Assembly: GCA_963765125.1 (NCBI GenBank)
Contig: CAVXUZ010000004.1
Coordinates: 192,792-256,791 of the forward strand
DNA from: an uncultured candidate division WWE3 bacterium
Lineage (GTDB): Bacteria > Patescibacteriota > WWE3 > UBA101185 > UBA10185
Reading direction: 5' to 3'
DNA length: 64,000 nucleotides
Positions 48,739-58,458 of this stretch are shown here, piece by piece. Under the pieces are notes generated by a model that saw only the letters and a program-made list of their open reading frames with translations, did no database searches and had not been told where the DNA came from. The stretch's first letter is position 1; every line of letters begins with the position of its first letter. A program made the position numbers and the translations under genes.

Positions 48739-50000
48739 TCTTCGCCAGTCCATAAAGAAGTATTTTTTTTCAATTTCGAGTAGAGTGAAGCTTTTAGACT
48801 TTTAGTTACAATAGAAAACGCATCAATTATTATGTAACCGAGAACTGTAAGTTTACACAAAACGTTATTACATTTTTCTGAGCTAACGTCTGTATAAAAT
48901 TCTTCATATTCTTGGATCTGTTTTTCCCATGGAATGCTCTTTGCTTTTTGAAAACCACGTTGTTTAAGTTCAGCCAAAAGCCTTTCATTATAAACGGCCT
49001 TAACGATTGCACGTGCCAATGTTTCTGGGTTTTTAGGTTCGACTAAAATGCCATTACTGCCCACAATTTCAGGGTTTGAACCAACTTTGGTTGTAAGTAC
49101 CGGCGTACCGCAAGCCATTGCCTCTAAATATACCCAACCAAAGCCTTCATAAAGGGTTGGTAAGACAAAAAGGTCTGCGAGTACGTAGTGTTTAGTGAGT
49201 TCAACGTCTTTTGTAGGTAACGCTCCAACAAATGTAATAAACCTGTTTAATCCGTAGCGCGTGGTGCTATTTTCTAAAAATTGTTTTTCAACGCCGTCGC
49301 CAACAATAAACAAACGAATTTCATCAATCTTTTCTCGATTTACAATAATATCCATTGCCTCGATAAGAGTAATGAGATTTTTTCGAGGATCAAGTCTGCA
49401 AACACTTACTAAAATCTTTTCATTTGGTTTAATCTGATATTTTAATTTTAAATCGTCGACGTTAGTATTTGGATTAAATCTGGTTAAATCAAAACCTTTT
49501 GGGATTACAACTCCTGAATAGCCCATCTTTCTACTTTGGTCGTTCATAAAGTTTGAAATGTGAATCGCACCGTTGGCTCTTTTTCCTTCAATAATTTCAA
49601 GCGAAGTATCACCTGCTAAAACCATTACATATGGGTAACCAAAAACTAGTTTTAATAACCTCGCCAAAACAGCCTCTAAAGAAAAATGAATAGAGAGCAC
49701 GTCAAAAACCCTGCCCTTCATACGCAGGCGCAAAACCTTATAAAAGCACTTAATTAAAAACAAGCCGGCGTAAAAAAAGCCTGAAAGACCGTACGAATAA
49801 TAACCTTTTGGTGTGTTTACATAGATTTTCTCAAGACCGTCAATTTTATCTAAAGCAGTACCATTTGTTGTAATAACAGTAACCTCGTGGCCCTTTTTAA
49901 GAAACCACTCCATAAGTTCCTGCATATGGGTTTCATTACCCCCTTGGTTGTAGCCTACCCATCTATTTATCAAAAGAATTTTTAGTTTTTTATCTGTCAT
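48720..50000 (-). CDS. glycosyltransferase family 4 (GT-B, retaining)
   Basis: EGFGWVYLEAMACGTPVLTTKVGSNPEIV (the E-x7-E motif region). Confidence 0.8.
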   Translation of the reverse strand: MTDKKLKILLINRWVGYNQGGNETHMQELMEWFLKKGHEVTVITTNGTALDKIDGLEKIYVNTPKGYYSYGLSGFFYAGLFLIKCFYKVLRLRMKGRVFDVLSIHFSLEAVLARLLKLVFGYPYVMVLAGDTSLEIIEGKRANGAIHISNFMNDQSRKMGYSGVVIPKGFDLTRFNPNTNVDDLKLKYQIKPNEKILVSVCRLDPRKNLITLIEAMDIIVNREKIDEIRLFIVGDGVEKQFLENSTTRYGLNRFITFVGALPTKDVELTKHYVLADLFVLPTLYEGFGWVYLEAMACGTPVLTTKVGSNPEIVGSNGILVEPKNPETLARAIVKAVYNERLLAELKQRGFQKAKSIPWEKQIQEYEEFYTDVSSEKCNNVLCKLTVLGYIIIDAFSIVTKSLKASLYSKLKKNTSLWTGEDQVGLK

Positions 50001-50088
50001 AGAGCCTAGTTTACAAATTATACCGTATTTATTATTAACGCAACGTTAAATAGGGTTGGTTTGGTGATGGGGGAGATTTGGAGGAATA

Positions 50089-50127
50089 AAAAAAGAGAAA
50101 CTTTTTATGGTTTCTCTTTAGTAGTTC
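50089..50127 (-). terminator. terminator for the minus-strand gene ending at 50128
   Basis: AAAGAGAAAC...GTTTCTCTTT hairpin. Read on the minus strand it is followed by a T-run. Confidence 0.4.
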
Positions 50128-50538
50128 TCAGTCATTTGCAAAATATTCTTTTAGAATTATTGCAACTTCGTCTGAGAGTTTAGCTTTCTGATTTTTCAGA
50201 AAAAAGCCTACTTGAATATCGTCTCTTAAGGAGTCACTTTCTTTTGGTTTCAGAACGATCTGAGTTGCGGTTATCACGTTGTTTTCAGTAATCATCTCGA
50301 ACGGGAATTTGTGTTCTCCAAGATCATAACAATTAAAATCTCGAATACTTAGCTCATTTTCCCAAAAGTTTTCCATCAAGATAATGCCGGTGATAACCGA
50401 TTTTGCATCATCGTGGGTTAGCAAAGATTTGTTACCCTTTCCCAGAAAGATGAAAATATTTTTCAGCTCATAGTCAACGATGTAACTTACGTTTGGAACC
50501 CCAGCAAACGTTTCATTTACCCTTAGTTTTGTTAACAT
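50128..50538 (-). CDS. hypothetical protein (136 aa)
   Basis: No motif. Confidence 0.35.
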   Translation of the reverse strand: MLTKLRVNETFAGVPNVSYIVDYELKNIFIFLGKGNKSLLTHDDAKSVITGIILMENFWENELSIRDFNCYDLGEHKFPFEMITENNVITATQIVLKPKESDSLRDDIQVGFFLKNQKAKLSDEVAIILKEYFAND

Positions 50539-50568
50539 AATCCCTCCGCTTCTGTTGATTTGACGAGA

Positions 50569-51258
50569 TTATATCATACAATCTGCGTTGGTGCTTACCT
50601 TCACAGCTGATTTTTTAATTAGACTTTCCCCTTGATTCTTTGGGCTATTCACATCTTTTGATACCACATACGCTTCGAGTTCGTCATCGGGGTAGGGAAC
50701 AAGTAAACTTATGAGTTTTTGAGTATCTTGCGAATCACCAACCCAAATGTCCTCATCTTTGCGATTTAAAATAACAGGCATGCGGTCATGGATTTCTGAA
50801 ATAAGTTTATTGGGCAAGGTGGTAATAATTGAAAAGGTTTTAAATTCTTTTTCTTCTGCGTCTTTCCAAATATCGTAAATGCCCGCAAACGAAAAAATCT
50901 CATTTGATTTCATATGAATGAGGTACGGCTCGTCTTTAGTTTTCCACTCATAAAACCCCGAGGCGGGAATCAAGCATCTGTATTTTTGGAATGATGATTT
51001 AAAGCTTGGTTTATGTGTGACAGTCTCTGCGCGTGTATTAATTAGTTTGTACCCGATTCTAGGGTCTTTTGCCCAGTGAGGAATTAGTCCCCATTTCATA
51101 AGTTCAATATTATTTTGTGTGACAACAGGAACCAAAGAACCTGGTGCGATGTTGTACATAGGGTCTAGCGGGAATTGTTTATCTGGTGTTGGAAGTTTAA
51201 TAGAAAATCTTTGATATATTCTTTTTGACTCTTCTGCGAGGTAGTATCTTCCACACAT
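50569..51258 (-). CDS. SOS-response-associated peptidase (SRAP/YedK/HMCES family, abasic-site processing)
   Basis: N-terminal MCGRY (catalytic Cys2) and ...HDRMPVIL... Confidence 0.8.
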   Translation of the reverse strand: MCGRYYLAEESKRIYQRFSIKLPTPDKQFPLDPMYNIAPGSLVPVVTQNNIELMKWGLIPHWAKDPRIGYKLINTRAETVTHKPSFKSSFQKYRCLIPASGFYEWKTKDEPYLIHMKSNEIFSFAGIYDIWKDAEEKEFKTFSIITTLPNKLISEIHDRMPVILNRKDEDIWVGDSQDTQKLISLLVPYPDDELEAYVVSKDVNSPKNQGESLIKKSAVKVSTNADCMI

Positions 51259-51321
51259 ATCTATATTTTACTCGAAAAATAAGAAAGCTCCCTGCAAAAA
51301 TATTTATCAGGGAGCTTAAAA

Positions 51322-51741
51322 CTAATTAGCTGGCTTTGTCATGATTATTACGATATGCTGATCAAGCTTATATCCAGGGTACATCTCATAATCAAAATTA
51401 GTAACTTCTAATTCTGGGTGTTCAGCTTGCCACTCTTGAAACTTATTCATGGCTTCGACAACGCCACCGTAACTTTTGTCGAGGCGCAGATTTATAAACC
51501 AAACAGTTCCTGCACGGTACACCTCAAAGGTTTCGTTTGGGTTTGCCGGGTCAAAGTAGGTTGGATTACCGCCTAAAGTTTCGCTTTTCTCGTAGGCTTT
51601 TTCCAAAGTCCCGTCGTAAACCTGCATTGATCTCGTGCCAACAACTAGAAATACAAATATTATCAAAAGAACTAGAAGCACGCAGATTACCAGCCAGAAA
51701 GCAGTGCCTTTCGAGACTGGGTTTTTAGTCTCATTACTCAT
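51322..51741 (-). CDS. membrane-anchored hypothetical protein
   Basis: 139 aa; N-terminal TM. Confidence 0.35.
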   Translation of the reverse strand: MSNETKNPVSKGTAFWLVICVLLVLLIIFVFLVVGTRSMQVYDGTLEKAYEKSETLGGNPTYFDPANPNETFEVYRAGTVWFINLRLDKSYGGVVEAMNKFQEWQAEHPELEVTNFDYEMYPGYKLDQHIVIIMTKPAN

Positions 51742-51833
51742 TTTTATCTCCTCCTCAGAATGTGTTGTTTGGATTATAGGTTATGCGTGGTTTTTTATCA
51801 AATCAGAGGTTTTTCATCTAAGAAAGAAAATTA

Positions 51834-52055
51834 CTACTCCAAAGAAATGATTTGGAGGCCATATTTTTCAATGTCTTCTTTAGGCCAGAAAGTGTCGTCT
51901 AGCTTAAAATGCGCCACATATTTAATATTTTTCTTTAACTCGCGCCCAGTATATTTTCTCGTGATGGGATCCCACTCCTTAAGAAGTAGGGTATCACCCT
52001 CGCCGCAACTCCAGTCTGCGAGGCGAAGTTCATAATTTTTACGACCGTCGAGCAA
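51834..52055 (-). CDS. small hypothetical protein
   Basis: 73 aa; no motif. Confidence 0.3.
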   Translation of the reverse strand: MLDGRKNYELRLADWSCGEGDTLLLKEWDPITRKYTGRELKKNIKYVAHFKLDDTFWPKEDIEKYGLQIISLE

Positions 52056-52167
52056 TCGCTTGAAATTACACAGGCCAAGCTTTTTTCTCTATTATCATAG
52101 ACTAAGTATAGTCCTAAAGATGTGATTACGGTTTGATAATTGATAAGCCACGCTATAGACTTAAACC

Positions 52168-52527
52168 ATGGAAATAATTGTTAAACTTTTAAAAATAATT
52201 CTTCTTCTCATCGGAATCACAATTGGTCTTGCAATTCTAGTTGGTATGTACTTTCTTTACAAAGGAGTACAGTCAGGGGATTTAACGGGATACTTCAAAA
52301 AGACTGCGGTCGAAACGGTGATTGATAAGACCAATCTAAGTCCTACACAGCAGGAAATGTTGGAGTCTGGCGATGTTGATGGGCTAGTTCAAGATCTTCA
52401 AGAAAATGTAACACCAGAACAAATAGATTGTGCGGTTGGCGCAGTTGGGGAAGCTCGTGCTAAAGAACTAATGGTAACGCAAGACCCGTCTCCTCAAGAA
52501 TTACTTCTTCTGTCTAAGTGCCTTTAA
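52168..52527 (+). CDS. membrane-anchored hypothetical protein
   Basis: 119 aa; N-terminal TM. Confidence 0.35.
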   Translation: MEIIVKLLKIILLLIGITIGLAILVGMYFLYKGVQSGDLTGYFKKTAVETVIDKTNLSPTQQEMLESGDVDGLVQDLQENVTPEQIDCAVGAVGEARAKELMVTQDPSPQELLLLSKCL

Positions 52528-52605
52528 TAAATAAAGAAAAAGAAAAGACCCCTTAGTTTTGTACAAGGGGTCTTGTTAAGATTTTTTACATCCTGTCCTC
52601 CTAAT

Positions 52606-53010
52606 TCACATATAGAGAGCTCTCTTTTTATAGTCATCGATTTTTTTGATGAACTCGGTTTTTGCTGACTTCATCTCGATCATGGTCTTGTTGTAATCTT
52701 TGAGCAAAGATTTCACAAGTGCAATCGATAAAAAGAGAAATTCTCTTAGCTGGGTATCCCCAACATTTTTTGCAGACGCGGACATTTTAAATCTCCAATC
52801 CGGTATTCCATTTTCTGGCTCATTTTTTATGTATATATCAAGCCACAATTTACCAGAAATAGGAAAACAACGGGTGAAGTAGTCCAGAGCTTCTTTTATT
52901 AAAGAAGCGTACGTCCTTTCTGCTACGTTTTGGTTTAGAGATACAATATGCTCTAAACTCAGCTGTAGCGGCGTTCTTTCTCCAACCCCCACCATAATGA
53001 GTGGTTTCAT
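52606..53010 (-). CDS. hypothetical protein (134 aa)
   Basis: No motif. Confidence 0.35.
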   Translation of the reverse strand: MKPLIMVGVGERTPLQLSLEHIVSLNQNVAERTYASLIKEALDYFTRCFPISGKLWLDIYIKNEPENGIPDWRFKMSASAKNVGDTQLREFLFLSIALVKSLLKDYNKTMIEMKSAKTEFIKKIDDYKKRALYM

Positions 53011-53095
53011 GTTTATTCTCCGACCAACAATGTCAAAATCCTATAGTATTATAACCTATAGGTGGCATTGGTGCAACTTGTTGGTGGCGTTGTGG

Positions 53096-53551
53096 TTATA
53101 AGAAGGCATCCCAGAGGATGAGTTTGTACACTAGGTCGCAATCCTTCTCAATGTTTAGGTAAATTTGCCCTGCTATCTCACCATTTCTAATGTCTCCCAG
53201 GCTATACCAAACCACATCTATGATATCTTTGTCATTTGGATTAACCCAGAACAGCGATTCGTAGTCTTCTTTCCACTTGGTAAAGAATGTGTGGTCCTTA
53301 TTTTGCTCTTTTTCATGTTTCCAGCCAACAATGATTGGGGTGGTGTCTTTAAGAGCTTCTTCTAAGCTATCCAGCACCGACTGTTCAGCAAGAGTTTCTT
53401 CACTCAACTCTCTCATTAAGGTGTGCAGAATAGAGCGGTCGGTTTCTTCTCTTGCTCCTCCAGGAAGAATAAAAACCTGGTCAATATGCTTTTGTAGCAA
53501 AACCTCACCTCTCTCGTTAACAATTGCAAGACGCGCGTATTCAGTTCCCAT
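53096..53551 (-). CDS. Nudix hydrolase
   Basis: ILPGGAREETDRSILHTLMRELSEETL is a Nudix-box-like motif. Confidence 0.55.
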   Translation of the reverse strand: MGTEYARLAIVNERGEVLLQKHIDQVFILPGGAREETDRSILHTLMRELSEETLAEQSVLDSLEEALKDTTPIIVGWKHEKEQNKDHTFFTKWKEDYESLFWVNPNDKDIIDVVWYSLGDIRNGEIAGQIYLNIEKDCDLVYKLILWDAFL

Positions 53552-53651
53552 AATTATCTCCTTTAGCTGATGTTGCTAGGGATTATACTACAATCACGGT
53601 TGATCTTCTTGCTACGAGGCTATTATTATTCGAAGTACTGTTCTTTAGGTC

Positions 53652-54377
53652 TTACTTTAAAATACCTCGGTTTTTATCAACAAGTTGAGAAAGCACTGAT
53701 GTAAAAAAGAAGAAAAAGCTCGTGCACCAAAACACAGAATATTGGGGGGTAAATTTTGGTCTAAACATAATGTACGCGCCGAGCATCAAAAACGTGTAAG
53801 CGTAAAGCTGAAGTTTCATAACCTTATCAAACTTTTTTTGCTCCTTGGTTTTGTATAGTCGTAGCGCTGTGTAGTATAAGATACTGAAGATTACGCCCAA
53901 AATTATTCCAAAATAAAGATTGGTTTTTGACGATAGCAACAAAAGAGGTGAAAAAATATTTAAACCCCCAAGTATTAACATCACCAACAAACCCCCTGAA
54001 TAGACAACAATATGCGATAACCAAAAATGAAAGTACTCAGCGTGTTCAAAAATATCAAACAAAGGGTCTTTTGCTTTTCTAATTTGAAAAGATTTTGTTA
54101 AGGAATGAATTACCAAAAAAGCATAAATCAAAAATAAAATAGTAGTGAGTACAGTATCAATAACAAACTTGTCTTCTTGCCCATAAACTCCGATATCGGC
54201 GTCTAGGCTATAAAAAACGATTGTTTTCAACCAAATTAACATCATCGGTGCCAGCACAAAGGCGTAAATGAATTGAATTAGATCCATTCTCAAAAGCTCT
54301 TTTCGGCCGTTAAACCTAAAGATAAAAAACCCCAACGCGAGAATTCCTATTGGCAATAGAGCTAGAAATATTTTCAT
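53652..54377 (-). CDS. polytopic membrane protein, hypothetical
   Basis: 241 aa with about 7 TM helices. Confidence 0.4.
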   Translation of the reverse strand: MKIFLALLPIGILALGFFIFRFNGRKELLRMDLIQFIYAFVLAPMMLIWLKTIVFYSLDADIGVYGQEDKFVIDTVLTTILFLIYAFLVIHSLTKSFQIRKAKDPLFDIFEHAEYFHFWLSHIVVYSGGLLVMLILGGLNIFSPLLLLSSKTNLYFGIILGVIFSILYYTALRLYKTKEQKKFDKVMKLQLYAYTFLMLGAYIMFRPKFTPQYSVFWCTSFFFFFTSVLSQLVDKNRGILK

Positions 54378-54404
54378 ACGGTTTAAATAATAGCAGAATG
54401 TTAC

Positions 54405-54439
54405 TTGGTTTGGTGATGGGCAAGGTTATATACTGTAAT
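54405..54439 (+). promoter_or_regulatory. conserved promoter-like motif, copy C
   Basis: TTGGTTTGGTGATGGGCAAGGTTATATACTGTAAT. Near-identical to 54995-55030 and related to 56143-56172, 50056-50071 and 30871-30886. Confidence 0.35.
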
Positions 54440-54480
54440 TACCAGCATGCAATGGCTTTTGAAGTTAGCAGGGTAGATTT

Positions 54481-54960
54481 TTGCAAAAGTTAATTACACA
54501 GATGGATAAAGAAGCATCAATGGAGACTCTAAAAAAAATCAGAAATCTTTCACTCTTAATTTTTGTTATGTGTATGGCGCTGCTGCTTCATAGGTTATAT
54601 CGTTCTTCCAATGAGATACTATTAGAGTCGAGCATTCAGAACTACACAGCAATTGGTACCATCGCATTAATATCATTCGTCATTTTTGCTAGACAAGTTA
54701 ATAAAAACTCAAAAATTGAGGAGGGAATTCAAGTAGAAAAAAATAACCAACCAGATCCTACAGATATTATTCCTTTTTTTTCGCGCGATAACGTTATAGC
54801 AACACTAGACCACTTTTTTTCAACGTTATGGAAAACTCCAGGTGAACTTGAATACGCTCAATTATATAAAAAGTTAAGAAAAACCTTACTAGAGCTAGTT
54901 ATAGTGCTCTCTGTGGCTTTTATTATAATGATAATTTTTACATTCTGGCCTTCTTCTTAG
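54481..54960 (+). CDS. small membrane protein family member (likely true start ATG 54502)
   Basis: METLKKIRNLSLLIFVMCMALL...FVIFARQVNKN...C-terminal TM. Paralogous to 56173-56695. Confidence 0.4.
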   Translation: MQKLITQMDKEASMETLKKIRNLSLLIFVMCMALLLHRLYRSSNEILLESSIQNYTAIGTIALISFVIFARQVNKNSKIEEGIQVEKNNQPDPTDIIPFFSRDNVIATLDHFFSTLWKTPGELEYAQLYKKLRKTLLELVIVLSVAFIIMIIFTFWPSS

Positions 54961-54994
54961 AGCAAGTAGCACCGCGGAAGTGTGTTTGATATTG

Positions 54995-55030
54995 TTTGGC
55001 TTGGTGATGGGCAGAGGTATATACTATAAG
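54995..55030 (+). promoter_or_regulatory. conserved promoter-like motif, copy D
   Basis: TTTGGCTTGGTGATGGGCAGAGGTATATACTATAAG. The -10-like TATAAG sits only 8 nt before the ATG at 55039, which suggests a leaderless transcript. Confidence 0.35.
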
Positions 55031-55038
55031 TACATACT

Positions 55039-55350
55039 ATGAAAGGCTGTGCAGTACTCGCAATTTTACCGTTTTTTATCCCTATAGCTCTTGCAGCTGT
55101 CTTTATTATAAGGATTGTGCTTAAAGGTAAGGCAGAGGGTTGGAAGGGCAAAATAATAGATAAATCCCATAATTCAAAACGTGGTAGCTTCGAAGACAGC
55201 AAGAAGATTGAACATTTCTATACTTTCAAAGTCGAAATGGACAACGGTCAAACTAGAAACATTGCAGTATCCAGTCAGTTTTATGACGAATGCGAAATAG
55301 GGGATACTATAGAAAAGCCTAAAGGTGAACTCTTCCCGAAAAAAATATAA
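55039..55350 (+). CDS. membrane-anchored small protein, hypothetical
   Basis: 103 aa with N-terminal TM and a soluble C-terminus. Confidence 0.35.
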   Translation: MKGCAVLAILPFFIPIALAAVFIIRIVLKGKAEGWKGKIIDKSHNSKRGSFEDSKKIEHFYTFKVEMDNGQTRNIAVSSQFYDECEIGDTIEKPKGELFPKKI

Positions 55351-55400
55351 AAAAAAGAACCTCTCAATTTTGTTATGAAAGGTTCTTATGGTTGTAAAAC

Positions 55401-55694
55401 TTATTCTTCGACTTCGACAGGTTCGTCGCCGAGAATTTCCTTAAATACATATACCAACGTTTTCCAAGATTCTTTTGACATCTCGTTGTTAACGTAGGTG
55501 ATTATAAAAGGTTCGCCGCGCCTTCCGGTGAGACAAAACCCTCTCTCTGCGAGACCTCTTGATATTTTAGAAATATCGTCAGGCTCTGCGTCGCAGGTAA
55601 TGATCATCTGTGCCTTAGTACAATTCTTAAAAGCTTTTATTAAAATTCCTTTTAACTCAAAATCAGCACAAACCCTTTCTTTTTTTATCTTCAT
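55401..55694 (-). CDS. hypothetical small protein
   Basis: 97 aa. Confidence 0.3.
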   Translation of the reverse strand: MKIKKERVCADFELKGILIKAFKNCTKAQMIITCDAEPDDISKISRGLAERGFCLTGRRGEPFIITYVNNEMSKESWKTLVYVFKEILGDEPVEVEE

Positions 55695-55737
55695 TAGCTA
55701 CCTCCAGTCTAACGGTGTAATAAAACCTTTTAAGCTG

Positions 55738-56187
55738 TTACCCTGCGGCGGATAAGCCGGCTCTTTTCAACAGATCTTTATCGATAGGTTTTGTACTATC
55801 TGCGTAGTTGCTACCCTCGAGGTATTCAAACAACTCATCTTGAGAGTTGAGCTGATCAACAATCTTGGGGTTAACCTTTTCTGCTCCTACGATAACAATG
55901 TTGTTCCCTGGGAGGGGTTGGTAAGAGTACCAGTTTTTCCCGTCAAGTGAAAGAAAAGTACACAGCCCATGAATGCACGATCGCTTGTTGATAAACCTAA
56001 CGCGCCCATCAAGAAATCTGTTGGCTCCCTTTAGAGTTTGGTTCTCCTTTTCCAGCCGGGTTAGTTTGTACATCAGGTAAGCGCTCAGAACGGCTAAAAA
56101 TACTAAAACAACCAACAATACGTTCATATTATCTCCTTTACTGTTTGTGGTTGGGGTCAGTTTATAGTAATTATGGCCTATAGTCAA
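55738..56187 (-). CDS. membrane-anchored hypothetical protein
   Basis: 149 aa with N-terminal TM. Confidence 0.35.
   Translation of the reverse strand: MTIGHNYYKLTPTTNSKGDNMNVLLVVLVFLAVLSAYLMYKLTRLEKENQTLKGANRFLDGRVRFINKRSCIHGLCTFLSLDGKNWYSYQPLPGNNIVIVGAEKVNPKIVDQLNSQDELFEYLEGSNYADSTKPIDKDLLKRAGLSAAG
56143..56172 (+). promoter_or_regulatory. conserved promoter-like motif, copy E (diverged)
   Basis: TGTTTGTGGTTGGGGTCAGTTTATAGTAAT. TATAGT lies 4 nt before the ATG at 56173. Confidence 0.3.
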
Positions 56188-56695
56188 CTTACGTTGTGGT
56201 TGGGGTTGCTAATGTGGAAAAAAAGACCGTGTGCTACCATAAATATTAGAATGTATAGCAATATATCGAAAAAGACGTTTAAACAGATTCGAAACATCTC
56301 ATTAATAGCATGTATTGTTTCTGTCGCTATGCTGGTTAATTACATTTTTAACGATTCTACACATGCGCTTTCGCGTATCCAGGAATATGCTATGTACGTA
56401 ACATTTTCGTTTTTCTTGTATGTCATTTTTTCTAGACTTGTTAACTAAATACTCAAAGACTACAGACTACGAACAAGAAGATAAAGGCAAACAGGAGAAT
56501 TTTATTTCTGCTTCAAACGAAGGCGAATTACCAACTATCGACGATTTAGCAGCTTCATTGCGAATGAACCCCAGCCGATTTGAAGACATTCTTCATTTAC
56601 CTAAATATGTTAGAAAAATATTTCCTATTTTGCTTCTGCTGGTGTTTGTAATCTTTGTTCTTATGGTAGTAGTGTTATATATGTCCACACATTAA
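56173..56695 (+). pseudogene. paralog of the 54481 small membrane protein, split by a frameshift (ORFs 56173-56448 and 56420-56695)
   Basis: KKTFKQIRNISLIACIVSVAML...IFSRLVN* aligns with ...IFARQVNKNSK of the 54481 protein. The second ORF supplies the homologous C-terminal TM (KYVRKIFPILLLLVFVIF). A single extra t in gttaactaaatac explains the shift. Confidence 0.35.
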
Positions 56696-56798
56696 AATGC
56701 CGTTTGTTATATCAAAAATATTATATCTAATAAAATTGAGCAGAGTTGTTATTCTAAAGCAATAAATCCCAAAATCATAAACGTGTTAAACTGCCTTC

Positions 56799-57332
56799 AT
56801 GAAGAAAAATATACTAATCACCCTATTGCTAGTAGTAATTGTCTCTTTGCTTTTTGTTAAACAAAAGAACGCCCCAATCACCACACAAGACACCCCAACA
56901 ACACCGTCTGTACAAGAAGAACCAGAGTTGCAGAAGGCGAGTGAGGTAAGAACAGGTAAAAACTCAGTTTTTTTGAGTAATAAAGGTTTAGAAAAACTAC
57001 CTGCGGAAGTACTAGCTAACACCTCGATAGAGGAACTTGATATTTCATTTAACAATCTTACCGGAGCTTTACCGGCAGAAATTAGACACTTAAAGAACTT
57101 GAGGGTGCTAATTGCAGGAAATAATAAAATGACAGGTGTGCCTGCAGAGATGGGTCAGCTGAGTTCACTAGAATTTCTCGACCTCTCAAACAATGATTTA
57201 ACCGGTCTTCCCAACGAACTTGGTAACCTAAAAAATCTTAAAACGTTAAATCTTTCAGGTAACAACTATTCAGAGCAAGACCTAGAAGTTATTAAGCGAG
57301 GGCTTCCGTCTAGTACCCAGATTATTTTATAA
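56799..57332 (+). CDS. secreted leucine-rich-repeat (LRR) protein
   Basis: Signal peptide and at least 5 LRRs (LxxLxxLxLSxNxLTGLP...). Confidence 0.75.
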   Translation: MKKNILITLLLVVIVSLLFVKQKNAPITTQDTPTTPSVQEEPELQKASEVRTGKNSVFLSNKGLEKLPAEVLANTSIEELDISFNNLTGALPAEIRHLKNLRVLIAGNNKMTGVPAEMGQLSSLEFLDLSNNDLTGLPNELGNLKNLKTLNLSGNNYSEQDLEVIKRGLPSSTQIIL

Positions 57333-57339
57333 GTGATAA

Positions 57340-58458
57340 TTAGTAGCTAATCTCGAGGATAGGTGAGTTGGCGCCCTCTTTAGAGGAGTATAGTGCGCCG
57401 TCACTACTTGTGTTTGTTATTCTAAAGCTATAAATCCCGTCTGTTTTTATAACCGAGGTTAAATCCACAGAATACCAAGTATTTTGTTTTACTGCGACAA
57501 AGGAGTTAACTGCCTTTTCTGCTGTTGGTGCATTTTTCCACGTTACCGTTGATTCACTCCAGTTGTTATTGGTAACCAATTTAAAATCTCCACCCTTTGG
57601 CGATTTATCGACCGAATACATTTTTAATATTGCGCTTTTAACTTTGTTTGCCCCAACACCTTTAACATTAAACTTAACTAAGAAATTCTTTTCAATGTTT
57701 GTGTCTACTGCAAGGCTTGTTGTTTTACCATAATTTTTACCCCTATCCACCCATTGTCCGACTATGGTTGCGTCATCAGTAGGTTTAAAGGTAAGTTTTG
57801 GTGTTACCACCGGCGGTGTAACGATAGGATTTACAGACAGCGCAATGCCCGAGCTTATATTTTGTAATAGCAATGATTTACTACTCACAATTTTTGTTTT
57901 TGGGCTGTCAACTTGTATCGATGAGGTAATGCCTTTTTGAGTTGTATTTGGTGTGAACTCTATCGCACCCAACTGAAAGTTTCCGCTGGGTGGGTTTGTT
58001 GCATTAGTTGGATCTACAGCCGTCGCAATAACAATCCTTCCAGTATTGTTGGCTTCAACCATAGGTGTTTTATACACAATTCTCTTCAACGATGTTTCGG
58101 TGACCGCAACCTCTCTAACCAACTTAATCTGCGATGTATTAAAAGTAATTTCTGTATGAACAAAATTTATCGGGTCTCCTGCGTTTACCCATACCTGAAT
58201 TGTTCTATTTGGCGGCAGTATTGTACTGCTTGATGATAAATAGATTCCTGCCTGACCTGAAGTAACCGATGTAATACCTTCTACATCTTTTGTTTGTGCA
58301 GAGTGTGGGGTGTTTCTTATACTTCTATAACTAGCAAATATCGAAATAACTAGTGTTAGAATAGCAAGCGCAGCCGTGATTAATAATAGAAGAGTTTTAA
58401 ATTTCTTTCCATTGTCCACCAGCCCTGCATAATTATTTTCTTTTTTATTATTTTCCAT
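57340..58458 (-). CDS. membrane-anchored secreted protein with C-terminal DNRLRE-like carbohydrate-binding-type domain
   Basis: N-terminal TM. The C-terminus has NNWSESTVTWKNAP, a motif typical of DNRLRE-type domains (from memory). Confidence 0.4.
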   Translation of the reverse strand: MENNKKENNYAGLVDNGKKFKTLLLLITAALAILTLVISIFASYRSIRNTPHSAQTKDVEGITSVTSGQAGIYLSSSSTILPPNRTIQVWVNAGDPINFVHTEITFNTSQIKLVREVAVTETSLKRIVYKTPMVEANNTGRIVIATAVDPTNATNPPSGNFQLGAIEFTPNTTQKGITSSIQVDSPKTKIVSSKSLLLQNISSGIALSVNPIVTPPVVTPKLTFKPTDDATIVGQWVDRGKNYGKTTSLAVDTNIEKNFLVKFNVKGVGANKVKSAILKMYSVDKSPKGGDFKLVTNNNWSESTVTWKNAPTAEKAVNSFVAVKQNTWYSVDLTSVIKTDGIYSFRITNTSSDGALYSSKEGANSPILEISY

